Shown in pieces: positions 10,144 through 20,368 of a stretch of DNA of 64,000 bases. A model generated the notes under the pieces. That model ran no database searches and was not told the DNA's origin. It saw only the letters and a list, made by a program, of their open reading frames with translations. Location of the stretch: assembly GCA_963743635.1 (NCBI GenBank), contig CAVUQO010000002.1:160001-224000 (forward strand), given 5' to 3'. The stretch is from Candidatus Babeliales bacterium (lineage in GTDB: Bacteria > Babelota > Babeliae > Babelales > Vermiphilaceae). Both the position numbers and the translations under genes were made by a program. Positions within the stretch are counted from its first letter, which is position 1. Each line of letters starts with the position of its first letter.

Positions 10144-11151
10144 ATGACGTTTAAAAAATACACATTGTTGATGTTAGGTTTTATCCTGCTTTTAACTTCT
10201 GTGGCTTTGTTCTACATACAAAATAACAAAAATAAACTGGAAAGCGCATTTAAACAAATGTTATTTGATATACAACAAAACTCGATCAAAAATTTTGAAT
10301 GGCAAGAACGAGACTGGCAAAATTACCATAATAACCAAATAAAAAGACTGCCTATATTTACCAAAAAATATTTTTATGACTGCATTGAGGACGCATTAAA
10401 AGACTTGCAGGACAATCATAGTCTCCTCATAAGGAGGCATAATGGTTCAACCGATACATCAAACGAACCTGTAGAAAAGTTTTCCATTAAAGTTGAAGGA
10501 GGAATAGGCATTATTAATTTCCCAACTTTGGTAACAGAAGTTAATCAGCTGGATGCAATATTGCATGAAGATTGGGTAGTTGAAGCTAATAAAAAATTGA
10601 AGAGATGGCGCCAAAAGTTACTGATGGTTGGATAATTGATCTCACTCAAAATGCTGGCGGCAATATGTTTCCGATGCTTGCGGCATTGAGCTATTTTTAT
10701 AATGAACCTAATATTGGCGGTTTCTATTCTGTTATAAAAAACAAAACAGAAAAAACGCTACTTATCGTTTGATGGCAAATCATTTAAATTTGATGCCCAA
10801 GATTTTTTTACCTATAAAACAACATTTAAAACGAACCAAAACAAGTTGCCGGTGGTAGTTTTAATAGGCAAAAATACCGCAAGTTCAGGAGAGTTCTTAG
10901 CGTTAGCATTAAAAAGACAAAAGCATGTAATTATTGCCGGACAAGAATCTTATGGTATGGCAACTGCAAATGAAGTTATGCAATTACCTCACGATTTGGG
11001 AAATTATATGCTCACTGTCGCTTATTATTTAGATACCAATAACGAACCATTATTAGAGAAAAAAGTTAGTCCATCATTTACATTAAAAGATAATGAAAAT
11101 ATAAGAAGTCAGGCAAAACAACTTATAGAAAATAAGCTTGAACAAATTTAA
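10144..11151 (+). pseudogene. S41 family peptidase, frameshifted
   Basis: After ~10625 another frame reads WIIDLTQNAGGNMFPM; 10846-11151 has TASSGEFLA and GQESYG. Confidence 0.75.
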
Positions 11152-11223
11152 GGGGCGACGCTGCAACCGGTTCTTACTTATGAAAAAATTTTTAATCACC
11201 TACTCCAATGCAAGGAAAAAATA

Positions 11224-12489
11224 ATGATAAGTAAAAACGTCTTGTTACCTTTAAGTTTTATAGTAGTGCTGATAGTAGGGTTATGTGCCTATAAGCATTG
11301 TTTTTCTCATAAACTCAACCTTGAAACAACGAATCCAGCTCTTTTGCAAGAAATAACCGATAAACTTTGCACAATTTTTGGTTCAGATACCCACATGCAA
11401 TCAGTAGCGCAACTCAGTGAGCCTGAACGCAATTGGGTGCTACGCATTACGCTTCAAAGTCCCGTAAACACAGTTCCCAAGAGCGTAATTTTCAAACAAT
11501 TCGTTAAAGAAAAGTCTGTGCAAGACGACAAACAAGCCTTCGCTCGTTTCGCAAGAGATTGGGCCGGGCTTGAATTTTTAAGCAGTATAAAAACAGAACA
11601 ACCTTTAGCGCCTCGCTTTTATGGAGGTAATACGCAGTATCGTTTTATATTGTTTGAAGATTTGGGAGAGAATGTTAGCTTAATGAGCTCGTTAAGAAGG
11701 GGAGATGCGCAAGCAGCAACGTTAGCGTTAGAGCGATTTGTGAAAACCTTTGGCCAAATGCATGCAAATACTTATGGAAAATCAGATGAATATCTTGCAA
11801 TTTTGCATGCGATAAATCCGGCTGCAATCCCATGGCAGGATGAGTTAAAAACCATTGTTAATAAAACTAATTCTAACCTTGCATTAACGTTAAAGGCAAT
11901 AGGGATACCTTATACCCCAGATATAGAAAGCGAGATAAGCACGATTATAAAAACGGCTCTTGAGCCTGGCCCTTTTACAACATTTGTTCATGGTGACATG
12001 TGTCCGGGTAACACTTTTGATTATCCAGCAAAAAATGAATTACTGCTTATAGATTTTGAATGGGGATTCATGCGCAATGCGCTATTGGATGGTACCTATC
12101 TTCGGATGAGTATGCCAAATTGTTGGATTGAGGAAAATGCAGGAACTATCCCGGAAGATTCAATAGAATCACTTGAAAAACTTTACCGACAAGAACTCAT
12201 GAAAAAAATTCCGGCCGCTCAGAATGATGAAATGTTCAACTGTGCGTATGTACATGCTTGCGCATATTGGATGCTGAAATCTGCATTAATAGTGCACCAT
12301 ATTTTAAATCAAGATAAGGAAATATTGGCAAGAGCTCGTGTTTTATCTGATTTGCAAACGTTTGTTGCGGTTTCAAAAAAATATGAACATTTGCCGCATC
12401 TCAGAACAATGGTAGAGCAAATTTTAAAAGAATTAAGTATTCGCTGGCCCAAAGATAAACCGTTAGATATGTTCCCCGCTTTTCAATAA
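11224..12489 (+). CDS. APH/choline-kinase-like phosphotransferase with N-terminal membrane anchor
   Basis: FVHGDMCPGN, LIDFEWG, ILFEDLG. Confidence 0.8.
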   Translation: MISKNVLLPLSFIVVLIVGLCAYKHCFSHKLNLETTNPALLQEITDKLCTIFGSDTHMQSVAQLSEPERNWVLRITLQSPVNTVPKSVIFKQFVKEKSVQDDKQAFARFARDWAGLEFLSSIKTEQPLAPRFYGGNTQYRFILFEDLGENVSLMSSLRRGDAQAATLALERFVKTFGQMHANTYGKSDEYLAILHAINPAAIPWQDELKTIVNKTNSNLALTLKAIGIPYTPDIESEISTIIKTALEPGPFTTFVHGDMCPGNTFDYPAKNELLLIDFEWGFMRNALLDGTYLRMSMPNCWIEENAGTIPEDSIESLEKLYRQELMKKIPAAQNDEMFNCAYVHACAYWMLKSALIVHHILNQDKEILARARVLSDLQTFVAVSKKYEHLPHLRTMVEQILKELSIRWPKDKPLDMFPAFQ

Positions 12490-12510
12490 GATATTCATTA
12501 GAGAGGAAAA

Positions 12511-13908
12511 TTATTTTGCTTGCTTTGGATATGCCTTAGTACTTACGTTTCCGGGTTGAACCAAATCTACTTCAGCAACGTTTCCCGTCGCATCGAGGGT
12601 AAAATTCATCATATAATCGTCAGGTAGACCGTGTAGCTTGAAACTGTTTTCTTTAAAGGGGACTAATCGCAAATTGCCTTCCTTTTTAAAGAGAGCAAAT
12701 AATAAGCCCTTGATCAAGATGACTTCAAAAGTTGAGGTTGGATGATTTGGTGGTGTGTATTCAAAGTTACCCACAAATTTTTGCAGATACTCATCGCGCA
12801 TCAATGCAGCATCGGGAGCAGTAGGAAGTTTGTAGGTCTCGGGATCAAGAATATGTAATCCAAGAGGATCTACACTATTATGAGCATTGCTTAGTATTAC
12901 GACGCCACGCTTGGTCTGCATATTAAAGCCAAGAAAACTGGTATATCCACCAGTGGCTCCATTGTGCCATATAATCTGATCATTGTTTTGTTTTGTGATG
13001 TGCCAACCAAGTCCTACCGTATTGTGTGTATCAGCAAATTGTTCTTGATGAGATGTTGTCATCGCCGGATACAATGGAGTAGTAACAAGACCCATATTTG
13101 CGGCGAGAAATTGCGTCATATCCTTGATGGTAGAGCGTAGGGCGCCTGCGCCGGATAAAGCTGACAGATCCCAATTTTCTACTACTTTGAACATGGCATG
13201 CCCTGATGCTAATTGCGTTTGCAACTCAGGAGAAAGGGTTATTGCGGTATGATTCATGCCAAGCTTAGTTAAGATGCGATCTTGAATGACTTGTTCGTAC
13301 GGTTTATGCTCAATTAATTCTAAAATATGCCCCAAAATCCCCATTCCTAGATTGGAATATTCGCAAATTTCTCCCGGTTTTTTACTCAAATCAGTTGAAC
13401 TGAGACATGTGTATAATTGCTCAGTGGTGTAATCGGCATATGGATTAGCGGGATTTTTCATCTGCATATTGCTCGGCAAGCGAGGTAAGCCGGATGTATG
13501 CGTCGCTAAATGGCGCAGCGTAATTTTTGCTTCATCTTTTTGCGGTATTGTAAGTTGGGGTAAATATTTTTCAATCGGATCATCGAGGGACACCAAACCT
13601 TCACTAACCATGTCCACGAGTGCAATAGTGGTAAACACTTTGGTAATAGACCCGATATCGAATACCGTATCTTGCGTTATTGGACTAGCGTTATCGATAG
13701 TTTTCGTGCCGTAGGTGTAATAGGATATGTGACCATTATCAATGAAACCAATGGCAGCACCGCTTCCCTCACTTTCTTTAACATAGTTTTGAAGTAGTTG
13801 TTGAATATCTAAATTCACGTAATTTCCTTTATTATGGTGCATAGTTTTCACTATAACCGTTGCTGCTATTAAGCCTATGATGATACTAATGATCCATACT
13901 TTTTGCAT
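12511..13908 (-). CDS. Serine hydrolase (class C beta-lactamase/PBP-like)
   Basis: SxxK (GSITK), YSN, HNG motifs; LATHTSGL. Confidence 0.92.
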   Translation of the reverse strand: MQKVWIISIIIGLIAATVIVKTMHHNKGNYVNLDIQQLLQNYVKESEGSGAAIGFIDNGHISYYTYGTKTIDNASPITQDTVFDIGSITKVFTTIALVDMVSEGLVSLDDPIEKYLPQLTIPQKDEAKITLRHLATHTSGLPRLPSNMQMKNPANPYADYTTEQLYTCLSSTDLSKKPGEICEYSNLGMGILGHILELIEHKPYEQVIQDRILTKLGMNHTAITLSPELQTQLASGHAMFKVVENWDLSALSGAGALRSTIKDMTQFLAANMGLVTTPLYPAMTTSHQEQFADTHNTVGLGWHITKQNNDQIIWHNGATGGYTSFLGFNMQTKRGVVILSNAHNSVDPLGLHILDPETYKLPTAPDAALMRDEYLQKFVGNFEYTPPNHPTSTFEVILIKGLLFALFKKEGNLRLVPFKENSFKLHGLPDDYMMNFTLDATGNVAEVDLVQPGNVSTKAYPKQAK

Positions 13909-14000
13909 GTAAAGTTTCCTTGATTTAAGTGATTAGTTCAAAATTTGCCCTAAAGATTTTGCTCAAAAAACGCTACTATTGCTTTATTGATTAATGCAAT
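13825..14000. repeat. ~175 bp diverged direct repeat, copy 1 (copy 2 at 15087-15262)
   Basis: 43 bp identical core 13906-13948 = 15168-15210; also spans the shared signal-anchor coding region and a hydrolase 3' end. Confidence 0.85.
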
Positions 14001-15170
14001 GGTGGCAAAGCCGTCTGCGCTACCGATTGTTGTATCCATATTAAAAATATGCGTATTGTTTTTAAAGAGTGGCATTTCCTTTGTAATCATTAAGTCAGAA
14101 AAGCCAATATGTGTGATGCCTGGTATCATTAATGATTGTATTGATGCTGATGTAATCATTGTATTGTAATTTTTTTTCGTGTTCGCAAGCATTTGTTCAT
14201 TGCTCACTCTCCCTGCAGTAATTTGCTCGATAGGAACACCCAATTTTTTTGCCAATGCCTCATCCGAAGTATATAAGTTATCCATATAGCCATGTGCATA
14301 AATAAACAAAAATGGTTTTTTAAGGGTAGTAATGTCTTTTTCCGGAATAAAATCAAGAGCTATTCCTGCCTTAAAACGTGCATCATACAGACATGCATTA
14401 AATGCTGCATCTCCGCCCATTGAATGGCCCATTACACCAAGGCGATGCGTATCAATAAGTTGGTATAAGATGCTCTTTTCGTCATTGTTTATTTGGATCA
14501 TGTGATCCAGAGCAGATTGTACATCGTGTAACCATAGTTGTTGTTCTTGTTTGGTTGGCATGAATAATTGCGGATTGAGTTTCTCTGGGTTGCACGTCAC
14601 GCTACGGTTATCAGGAAATATAACTATATTGGCATAATGTGTATGGGCTATCGATCCCACTATATAACCATGGCTTGCAAGTTCTTCACAAAATACTGTA
14701 TACATGTCTGCTTGGCATCCGAGATAGCCATGAGAAAAAAGAATGAGTGGAAAAGGTTGTTCTGTGCGCAAGGGTGAAGCGTTTGTTATTGCATGTGTAT
14801 AAACGTGATCTACTGACATGATATCTTGCTCTGGGAATCCTTGTTGTTTCAACATTTGCTTTATTTCGGGAATGCCATGTTCATTATAGACTTCAAGCTT
14901 TTTAGAGGTGTTTTTTGTAGCCGGATACCACACTTTGACCATCAATTCTCTTGGTGCATTAAGATCGTAGATATCTTTTCTTTTTTGGTCTATTACGTGA
15001 ACATCAATGGTTCCGACATCATAAGGTCCAGTCAATGCTGGAAATTCAAAAATCGCTTCGGTTTCTTTTTCCATATGAATACCCATTCCCTTATTGTGGT
15101 GCATCGTTTGCACTATAACGGTGGCCGCTACTACGCCTATGATAATACTGAAAATCCATATTTTATTCAT
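13950..15170 (-). CDS. PAF-acetylhydrolase-like alpha/beta hydrolase
   Basis: RELMVKVWYPA, FSHG, ELASHGYIV, GHSMGG nucleophile elbow, HIGFSD. Confidence 0.88.
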   Translation of the reverse strand: MNKIWIFSIIIGVVAATVIVQTMHHNKGMGIHMEKETEAIFEFPALTGPYDVGTIDVHVIDQKRKDIYDLNAPRELMVKVWYPATKNTSKKLEVYNEHGIPEIKQMLKQQGFPEQDIMSVDHVYTHAITNASPLRTEQPFPLILFSHGYLGCQADMYTVFCEELASHGYIVGSIAHTHYANIVIFPDNRSVTCNPEKLNPQLFMPTKQEQQLWLHDVQSALDHMIQINNDEKSILYQLIDTHRLGVMGHSMGGDAAFNACLYDARFKAGIALDFIPEKDITTLKKPFLFIYAHGYMDNLYTSDEALAKKLGVPIEQITAGRVSNEQMLANTKKNYNTMITSASIQSLMIPGITHIGFSDLMITKEMPLFKNNTHIFNMDTTIGSADGFATIALINKAIVAFFEQNL

Positions 15171-15297
15171 GTAAAGTTTCCTTGATTTAAGTGATTAGTT
15201 CAAAATTTGCATTAAAGATTGCGCTGGAAAAACGCTACCATTGTTTTATTAATTAATGCAATTGTTTGATAGGGATTCACATTTCCTACATCTGCTA

Positions 15298-16146
15298 TCA
15301 GATTCCATGGCCATCGCCAATCCAGCGATGTTCCCTAATCAAATATTCAAATTGTTTCAATGCATCCCAAATATTCCACGCCTTAGGCAATGTTTCTGTG
15401 TGGCGATAATGCATTAAGGTACAAGGAATTGAAGCTGAATCGCAGGTCTTACCAATCGATTGCAGTGCAGTAAGAGAATCATCAAAGGCAATAATATGCG
15501 AAGGTTTAAGCGTTGCGTAGGTTAGAAATGCCTGTAAGACTTCTCCCTTATTTTGTTGATTAGCGCACAAAATGCCTTTGTATAGCACGGGATAATTGGA
15601 TCTGTATAGGGGGAAATTGTTAAAAACATGATCTGCATAGTGTGGACTGAATTCAATCCCCATACTTTCCAACATAGTGTAGCGCCAAGCTGGCATGCTT
15701 TCGATAACACCATAGGAACCAGATTCCATACTGGTTAAGGCCAAAACAGTAGCATGTTTTTCTTGAAAGTTTTTAATAACATCTACGACTGACGGTTCAG
15801 TGAGCATAAATGGAACGGTTGCCCACAGTAGACTATAGGCATTTTCCCAATTGGTGAATATGTATGTTGGATATCTGAGTATGAACAATAGTTTAAACCA
15901 CCAGGTAAAATAATTGGGATGAAGAGCTGGCGATGTTATCAAGGTGTCATCAACATCAAATAATACCAATGTATCTTCATTTACCTCTGGAAGTGGATCT
16001 TGATATGAGGTAATAGTACGCACTGGATAATCATAATGCGGCTCTTGGTTCTGATCCTTTTTATAGAAGAAAGCGAGCACTATAGCAATAACCGCTATGA
16101 CTGCAATAAGGAGCAATGTTTTTAAAATCGTTTTTTTGATACTCAT
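15298..16146 (-). CDS. HAD-superfamily DUF2608-like protein
   Basis: LVLFDVDDTL, ALTS, NKGEVL, FDDS. Confidence 0.8.
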   Translation of the reverse strand: MSIKKTILKTLLLIAVIAVIAIVLAFFYKKDQNQEPHYDYPVRTITSYQDPLPEVNEDTLVLFDVDDTLITSPALHPNYFTWWFKLLFILRYPTYIFTNWENAYSLLWATVPFMLTEPSVVDVIKNFQEKHATVLALTSMESGSYGVIESMPAWRYTMLESMGIEFSPHYADHVFNNFPLYRSNYPVLYKGILCANQQNKGEVLQAFLTYATLKPSHIIAFDDSLTALQSIGKTCDSASIPCTLMHYRHTETLPKAWNIWDALKQFEYLIREHRWIGDGHGI

Positions 16147-17942
16147 AGTGGATATTCTCTAACACAACTACGCGATTGTTGGTCGAAGATTGCTACCTTT
16201 TCAAATAATATAGACGCATTTGTAGTATTCAATAATGCGCGAGAAACACGCTTAGATTCGGCAAGAATGCGCTCTCTGATGCGATCAAAAATGCTTTTAG
16301 TTTGTGATGCATCTTTGATGCGGTCCGTTATGGATGCAGTTCTAATTCGGCCAAGGCCTATGTGTGGATGATATGGAAATCGTTCGCTTTGCGCCTCATT
16401 GTATAATGCTCCACCATGAGATGCATTACATTGGTGCATGCTACCTTTTATCGCACTATTTAAACGCGATAATTCGCCGGCAGGATCATTAACCATAATC
16501 ACCAACTCATCATTGTTATTGCCAAAGAAGGCTACCTCTGGCGCGATATGCGCTTGATTCAATGCAAATTCATTTCTTTTATTTTCGACTATGTTTTTCA
16601 CGGCATCCGCAACAATATCTATTCCTGCATCCACCGAGACTTCATCGACGTAATACAAGGTCAATCGTTGCCAATCTTTAGGCAGAAAAAATTTAAAATC
16701 ATCATCAATGCTTAATCCAAGTTCTTCTTTAATAATCGTATTGATGGCGGGATTCAGCGTATTTTTTATTGAGGTCAACACAGGATTATCAAAAGATCCC
16801 TGAATGAATAAGGAATGCTTTTCTGCGGTTTGTGTTTTTTGAGAAGTTTCTCCCTGTTGCGCCTTCAGGTAGGTATCAAAAAAATTAACCAATAACGTTC
16901 GTGTGATTTGAATGCCTTCCAATGGATCAAGTTGTGACGGTTCTTCCCATTTGGCGATCACATAGAAATCGGTAAATGAGCCATGATCTGCCTTGGGTAT
17001 TTCATTATATTTGGTTGGTGCGGTGGCATTTTTGATGAGATCTTTGATTGGTTGGAGTGTTTTATCAGAATGAGGTGCAACGATGAACATGAATGGTGTT
17101 CTTAATGGTTGCTCCTGATTTAAGTCATACAGTTTCCCATCGATATCAGCACCCGCTTTAAAGCGTGTATCTATCTGACATGCTCCTACTGACGCACTGC
17201 CACCAAATGAATGCCCAAACACACCGAGATGCGCAAGATCGAGCTTGTTATGCAACATACTTTTTTCATCCGCATTCATCTTGAGCAGTTGATCGACCAC
17301 AAACTGAATGTCTTGAACCCATACGCGACATTCAGTTTCTCTATTTTTACGCCGTTGATCTTGATCAACTATTTTCTTCTCAGTGATGATTCTGCCATCA
17401 GGAAAAATAACCTTATCAGTCACATATGGATGATTGAGACCGACCACGATATACCCGTGACTCGCAAGTTCTTCTAATAATGAGGTATACATATTTAACG
17501 GCGCACCGCCTCCAGGAGAGAAGATAATAACGGGATAATGACCTGCAAGGATTGGTGCATTTTTAACTGAATGCGTTCGGAGCGTGTAGAGATAATCGAG
17601 TTTGTCGGCAGGAATATGTGCAGGCGGTTCTTGTAATTGTTTGATCACCGATTCGACGATGACAGGATGCGCATATAATGCTTTTTCTTCGTTGCCCGTA
17701 ATGCGCCCAGGATACCAGATTTGCAGCATCAACTCGCGATGGTCGTTGGGATTGTTGGAGTGACGCTCATGGCGATGCGTATCAATCAGATGATAATCTG
17801 TAGTACCAATGCCTAAAGCTCCCGTTGGCTTTGGCAATTGCATGGATTCAGTGGCATGGGTATGAGAATATGCTTCGTACATACCATATCCAACTGCGAA
17901 GGTGAGGATACAAGAAAGCGCATAGGCTATACTTTTTTTCAT
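16143..17942 (-). CDS. PAF-acetylhydrolase-like hydrolase fused to a 2H-phosphoesterase-like C-terminal domain
   Basis: GHSFGG and HGSFTD in the N-terminal ~360 aa; C-terminal RLTLYY...YHPHIGLGR. Confidence 0.75.
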   Translation of the reverse strand: MKKSIAYALSCILTFAVGYGMYEAYSHTHATESMQLPKPTGALGIGTTDYHLIDTHRHERHSNNPNDHRELMLQIWYPGRITGNEEKALYAHPVIVESVIKQLQEPPAHIPADKLDYLYTLRTHSVKNAPILAGHYPVIIFSPGGGAPLNMYTSLLEELASHGYIVVGLNHPYVTDKVIFPDGRIITEKKIVDQDQRRKNRETECRVWVQDIQFVVDQLLKMNADEKSMLHNKLDLAHLGVFGHSFGGSASVGACQIDTRFKAGADIDGKLYDLNQEQPLRTPFMFIVAPHSDKTLQPIKDLIKNATAPTKYNEIPKADHGSFTDFYVIAKWEEPSQLDPLEGIQITRTLLVNFFDTYLKAQQGETSQKTQTAEKHSLFIQGSFDNPVLTSIKNTLNPAINTIIKEELGLSIDDDFKFFLPKDWQRLTLYYVDEVSVDAGIDIVADAVKNIVENKRNEFALNQAHIAPEVAFFGNNNDELVIMVNDPAGELSRLNSAIKGSMHQCNASHGGALYNEAQSERFPYHPHIGLGRIRTASITDRIKDASQTKSIFDRIRERILAESKRVSRALLNTTNASILFEKVAIFDQQSRSCVREYPL

Positions 17943-18388
17943 AGATTTTCATCCTTTTCTTCTTTGTGGATACTCGCCTAGCGATTGTTGATCAAAGATC
18001 GCTATCTTTATTTCTTTTCAATCAACATCTTAAATTGATCATAATTGAACATTACCTGATCATTTGAGCTATCCAATATTTTATAATATTTGTACCATGA
18101 AGCTTTCAAGTAAAAAATGATATTTTTTAAGAATATAGGATAGGCAAATGCTTTTTAAGCATGATAGAAATGGACAAAAAAGTCCATCAAACCTCAATAC
18201 ACTGAAAAAAGAATATGCACTATACCTGCATTTCCCCCCATAAAACTGATCCTTTGATCGTCCAGAAGAATCGAAGAACATGTAGCATCAAGATGATGTA
18301 ACGCTATAGCCATAAGGCTCTTTGACTTCATTTTGAAAAAAGGGATAATAGTATCTATACAAAAAATTCAATATTCAGAAGGTAAGTC

Positions 18389-18565
18389 ATGGAAGAATCA
18401 GCTACATCAAAAAAGACCAAAACCACCCTTTATATGTCCCAGGAAGATGAACAACTTCTCGATGAGGTCTTCATTAAACGCCTCAGGGACCGTAATAAGA
18501 CAGATAGATCTAGCCTCATCTGCGAGGCTATTCGCCTGCTTTATGAAAAAGAACTAGGCAAATAA
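18389..18565 (+). CDS. Ribbon-helix-helix-like small regulator (58 aa, absent from the ORF track)
   Basis: Manual translation MEESATSKKTKTTLYMSQEDEQLLDEVFIKRLRDRNKTDRSSLICEAIRLLYEKELGK; AAGGT upstream. Confidence 0.7.
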   Translation: MEESATSKKTKTTLYMSQEDEQLLDEVFIKRLRDRNKTDRSSLICEAIRLLYEKELGK

Positions 18566-18671
18566 TATAAAAGTATATCCATGATCATATCCATAGAAGA
18601 TATCGCAACGATCAAAAAAGAATTTGGTTGCCCTCACTCAATAATCTAATCTCAAGAAAAGACATTCATCT

Positions 18672-20174
18672 ATGAACAAAGCTGTTATCTATGCCCGCGT
18701 CTCCTCCAAGGATCAAGAAGTTGAGGGATTCTCTATTCCAGCTCAGCTCAAGCTATTGAATGAGTATGCCAATAAGCATGGCCACCTTGTTATCCAAGAA
18801 TTTTTTGATGTTGATACTGGAAAAAAGGTAGCAAGAAAAGCTTTTACCGCAATGATAAAGTTGCTTAAGGATGATAGAACGATCCAGCATATTTTAGTAG
18901 AAAAAACAGATCGCTTAACAAGAAACTTCACCAGTTATGTCCAGATTGATAACTTGATCGACAATATAGGTCTACAGGTTCATCTTGTAAAAGAAAATTC
19001 TATAATGACCAAAGATTCTCGATCGAATGAAAAATTCATTTTTGGTATTAAGGTTCTTGTGGCAAAAAATTTTTCAGATAATTTATCCGAAGAAGTAAAA
19101 AAGGGTATGTTGGAAAAAGCCTCCCAGGGAATGTATCCATCAGGTGCGCCGTATGGCTACATGAATGTCAGAGAACCGGGAAAAAGAAAAGGCAGAATTG
19201 AAGTCGATCCCAAAGCTGCACCCTTTGTTAAAAAACTGTTCGAGCTGTACGCCACGGGAGAGTACTCATTACTAAGGCTTCGTCAAAAAATGATTGCTGA
19301 TGGGATGGTCTATAGAAACGGCAAAAATTTCTACACAAGTACAATAGAACTTATCTTGAAAAATGAGTTTTATACCGGCGTCTTTTATTGGGCTGACCGC
19401 AAATATGAAAATGCGTTGCATGACCCTATCGTAAGCAAAGAACTCTTTCGACGCGTGCAAAACGTGCTCGCTAATCCTTACAAAAGCAAATCAAGAAAAG
19501 GGCTATTCCCTTACACCAATCTCATTAGATGCGGTATATGTGGCTGTAGATTCACTGCCGTCATCAAAAAAGAAAAGTATATTTATTATCATTGCACCGG
19601 TGCTAAAGGAAAATGCCCACAAGATTACTTAAAACAAGAAATGATCGAAGCGCAGTTTCTCTTATTATTCAAGAGCTTGTATATCACAGATGAGGTGCAG
19701 GCCATCATCTTACAAAGTATACGTGATAGCATGAAGGATAAAATTGAATACCATAATGCTATGGTAGAACAGTTAACGCAGCAAATTAAGCGCCTACAAA
19801 ATAGACTCGATCAAGCATATCTGGACAAGTTAGACGGTAAAATAGGCGAAGAGTTTTGGTACAGCAAAGCGCAAGAATGGTCTGGGGAAAAAGAAAATCT
19901 AAGCATCAAGCTTCTGGCATTTCAAAGAGCGGATACGCTCTATCTTGAAAACACCAACTTTATCCTGGAACTCGCTAAAAACGCGGCACAGAGGTTTGAA
20001 TCCGGTTCTGTCGAGGGAAAGAGGCGCGTCATTGATACCATAACAGGGAACTGCGTTTACAAAGATGGAAACCTCGATGTAGAGCTGAAATCCGTGTTCA
20101 GTATGATAGTGTCTACCGAAAAAACTGGAAACTGGTGTGCCCGGCAGGATTTGAACCTGCGACCTACGGATTAG
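18672..20174 (+). CDS. Large serine recombinase (integrase)
   Basis: AVIYARVSS catalytic motif, DRLTRN, APYGY, zinc ribbon CGICG...YYHC, coiled coil; last 13 codons and the stop lie antisense to the tRNA. Confidence 0.95.
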   Translation: MNKAVIYARVSSKDQEVEGFSIPAQLKLLNEYANKHGHLVIQEFFDVDTGKKVARKAFTAMIKLLKDDRTIQHILVEKTDRLTRNFTSYVQIDNLIDNIGLQVHLVKENSIMTKDSRSNEKFIFGIKVLVAKNFSDNLSEEVKKGMLEKASQGMYPSGAPYGYMNVREPGKRKGRIEVDPKAAPFVKKLFELYATGEYSLLRLRQKMIADGMVYRNGKNFYTSTIELILKNEFYTGVFYWADRKYENALHDPIVSKELFRRVQNVLANPYKSKSRKGLFPYTNLIRCGICGCRFTAVIKKEKYIYYHCTGAKGKCPQDYLKQEMIEAQFLLLFKSLYITDEVQAIILQSIRDSMKDKIEYHNAMVEQLTQQIKRLQNRLDQAYLDKLDGKIGEEFWYSKAQEWSGEKENLSIKLLAFQRADTLYLENTNFILELAKNAAQRFESGSVEGKRRVIDTITGNCVYKDGNLDVELKSVFSMIVSTEKTGNWCARQDLNLRPTD

Positions 20175-20209
20175 AAATCCGTTGCTCTATCCAACTGAGC
20201 TACGGGCAC
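20133..20209 (-). tRNA. tRNA-Arg(UCU)
   Basis: Reverse complement GTGCCCGTAGCTCAGTTGGATAGAGCAACGGATTTCTAATCCGTAGGTCGCAGGTTCAAATCCTGCCGGGCACACCA; anticodon TCT; encoded CCA. Confidence 0.97.
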
Positions 20210-20368
20210 GTACTAATATTTAGAGATAAATATCTGAAAGAAAGGAATATGAGATTATTATAGCCTAAACTGTCAAAGATCTCAAATAAAGACCTTAAAA
20301 ATCATATTCCTATCTATTATCACTGAAAAATAGGAAATGCTGGATGCATTTCATTAATGTATATAATC

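Larger units (their letters stand above)
2332..20142. mobile_element. ~17.8 kb integrative element (satellite/IME-like) in the 3' end of tRNA-Arg, with large serine recombinase and primase module
   Basis: Direct repeat TGGTGTGCCC at 2332-2341 and 20133-20142 (tRNA 3' end); recombinase abuts the tRNA; replication genes inside; no virion genes recognised. Confidence 0.8.

Noticed and set aside
9259..13908. Specific antibiotic-resistance gene calls
   Set aside because: Only superfamily-level motifs are visible; substrates cannot be assigned from sequence reading.
18333..18557. 74-aa ORF from the track
   Set aside because: The overlapping frame 18389-18565 has an ATG start and an RHH-like pattern and is the better call.
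2332..20142. Complete prophage or conjugative element
   Set aside because: No capsid, terminase, tail, relaxase or T4SS genes recognised.
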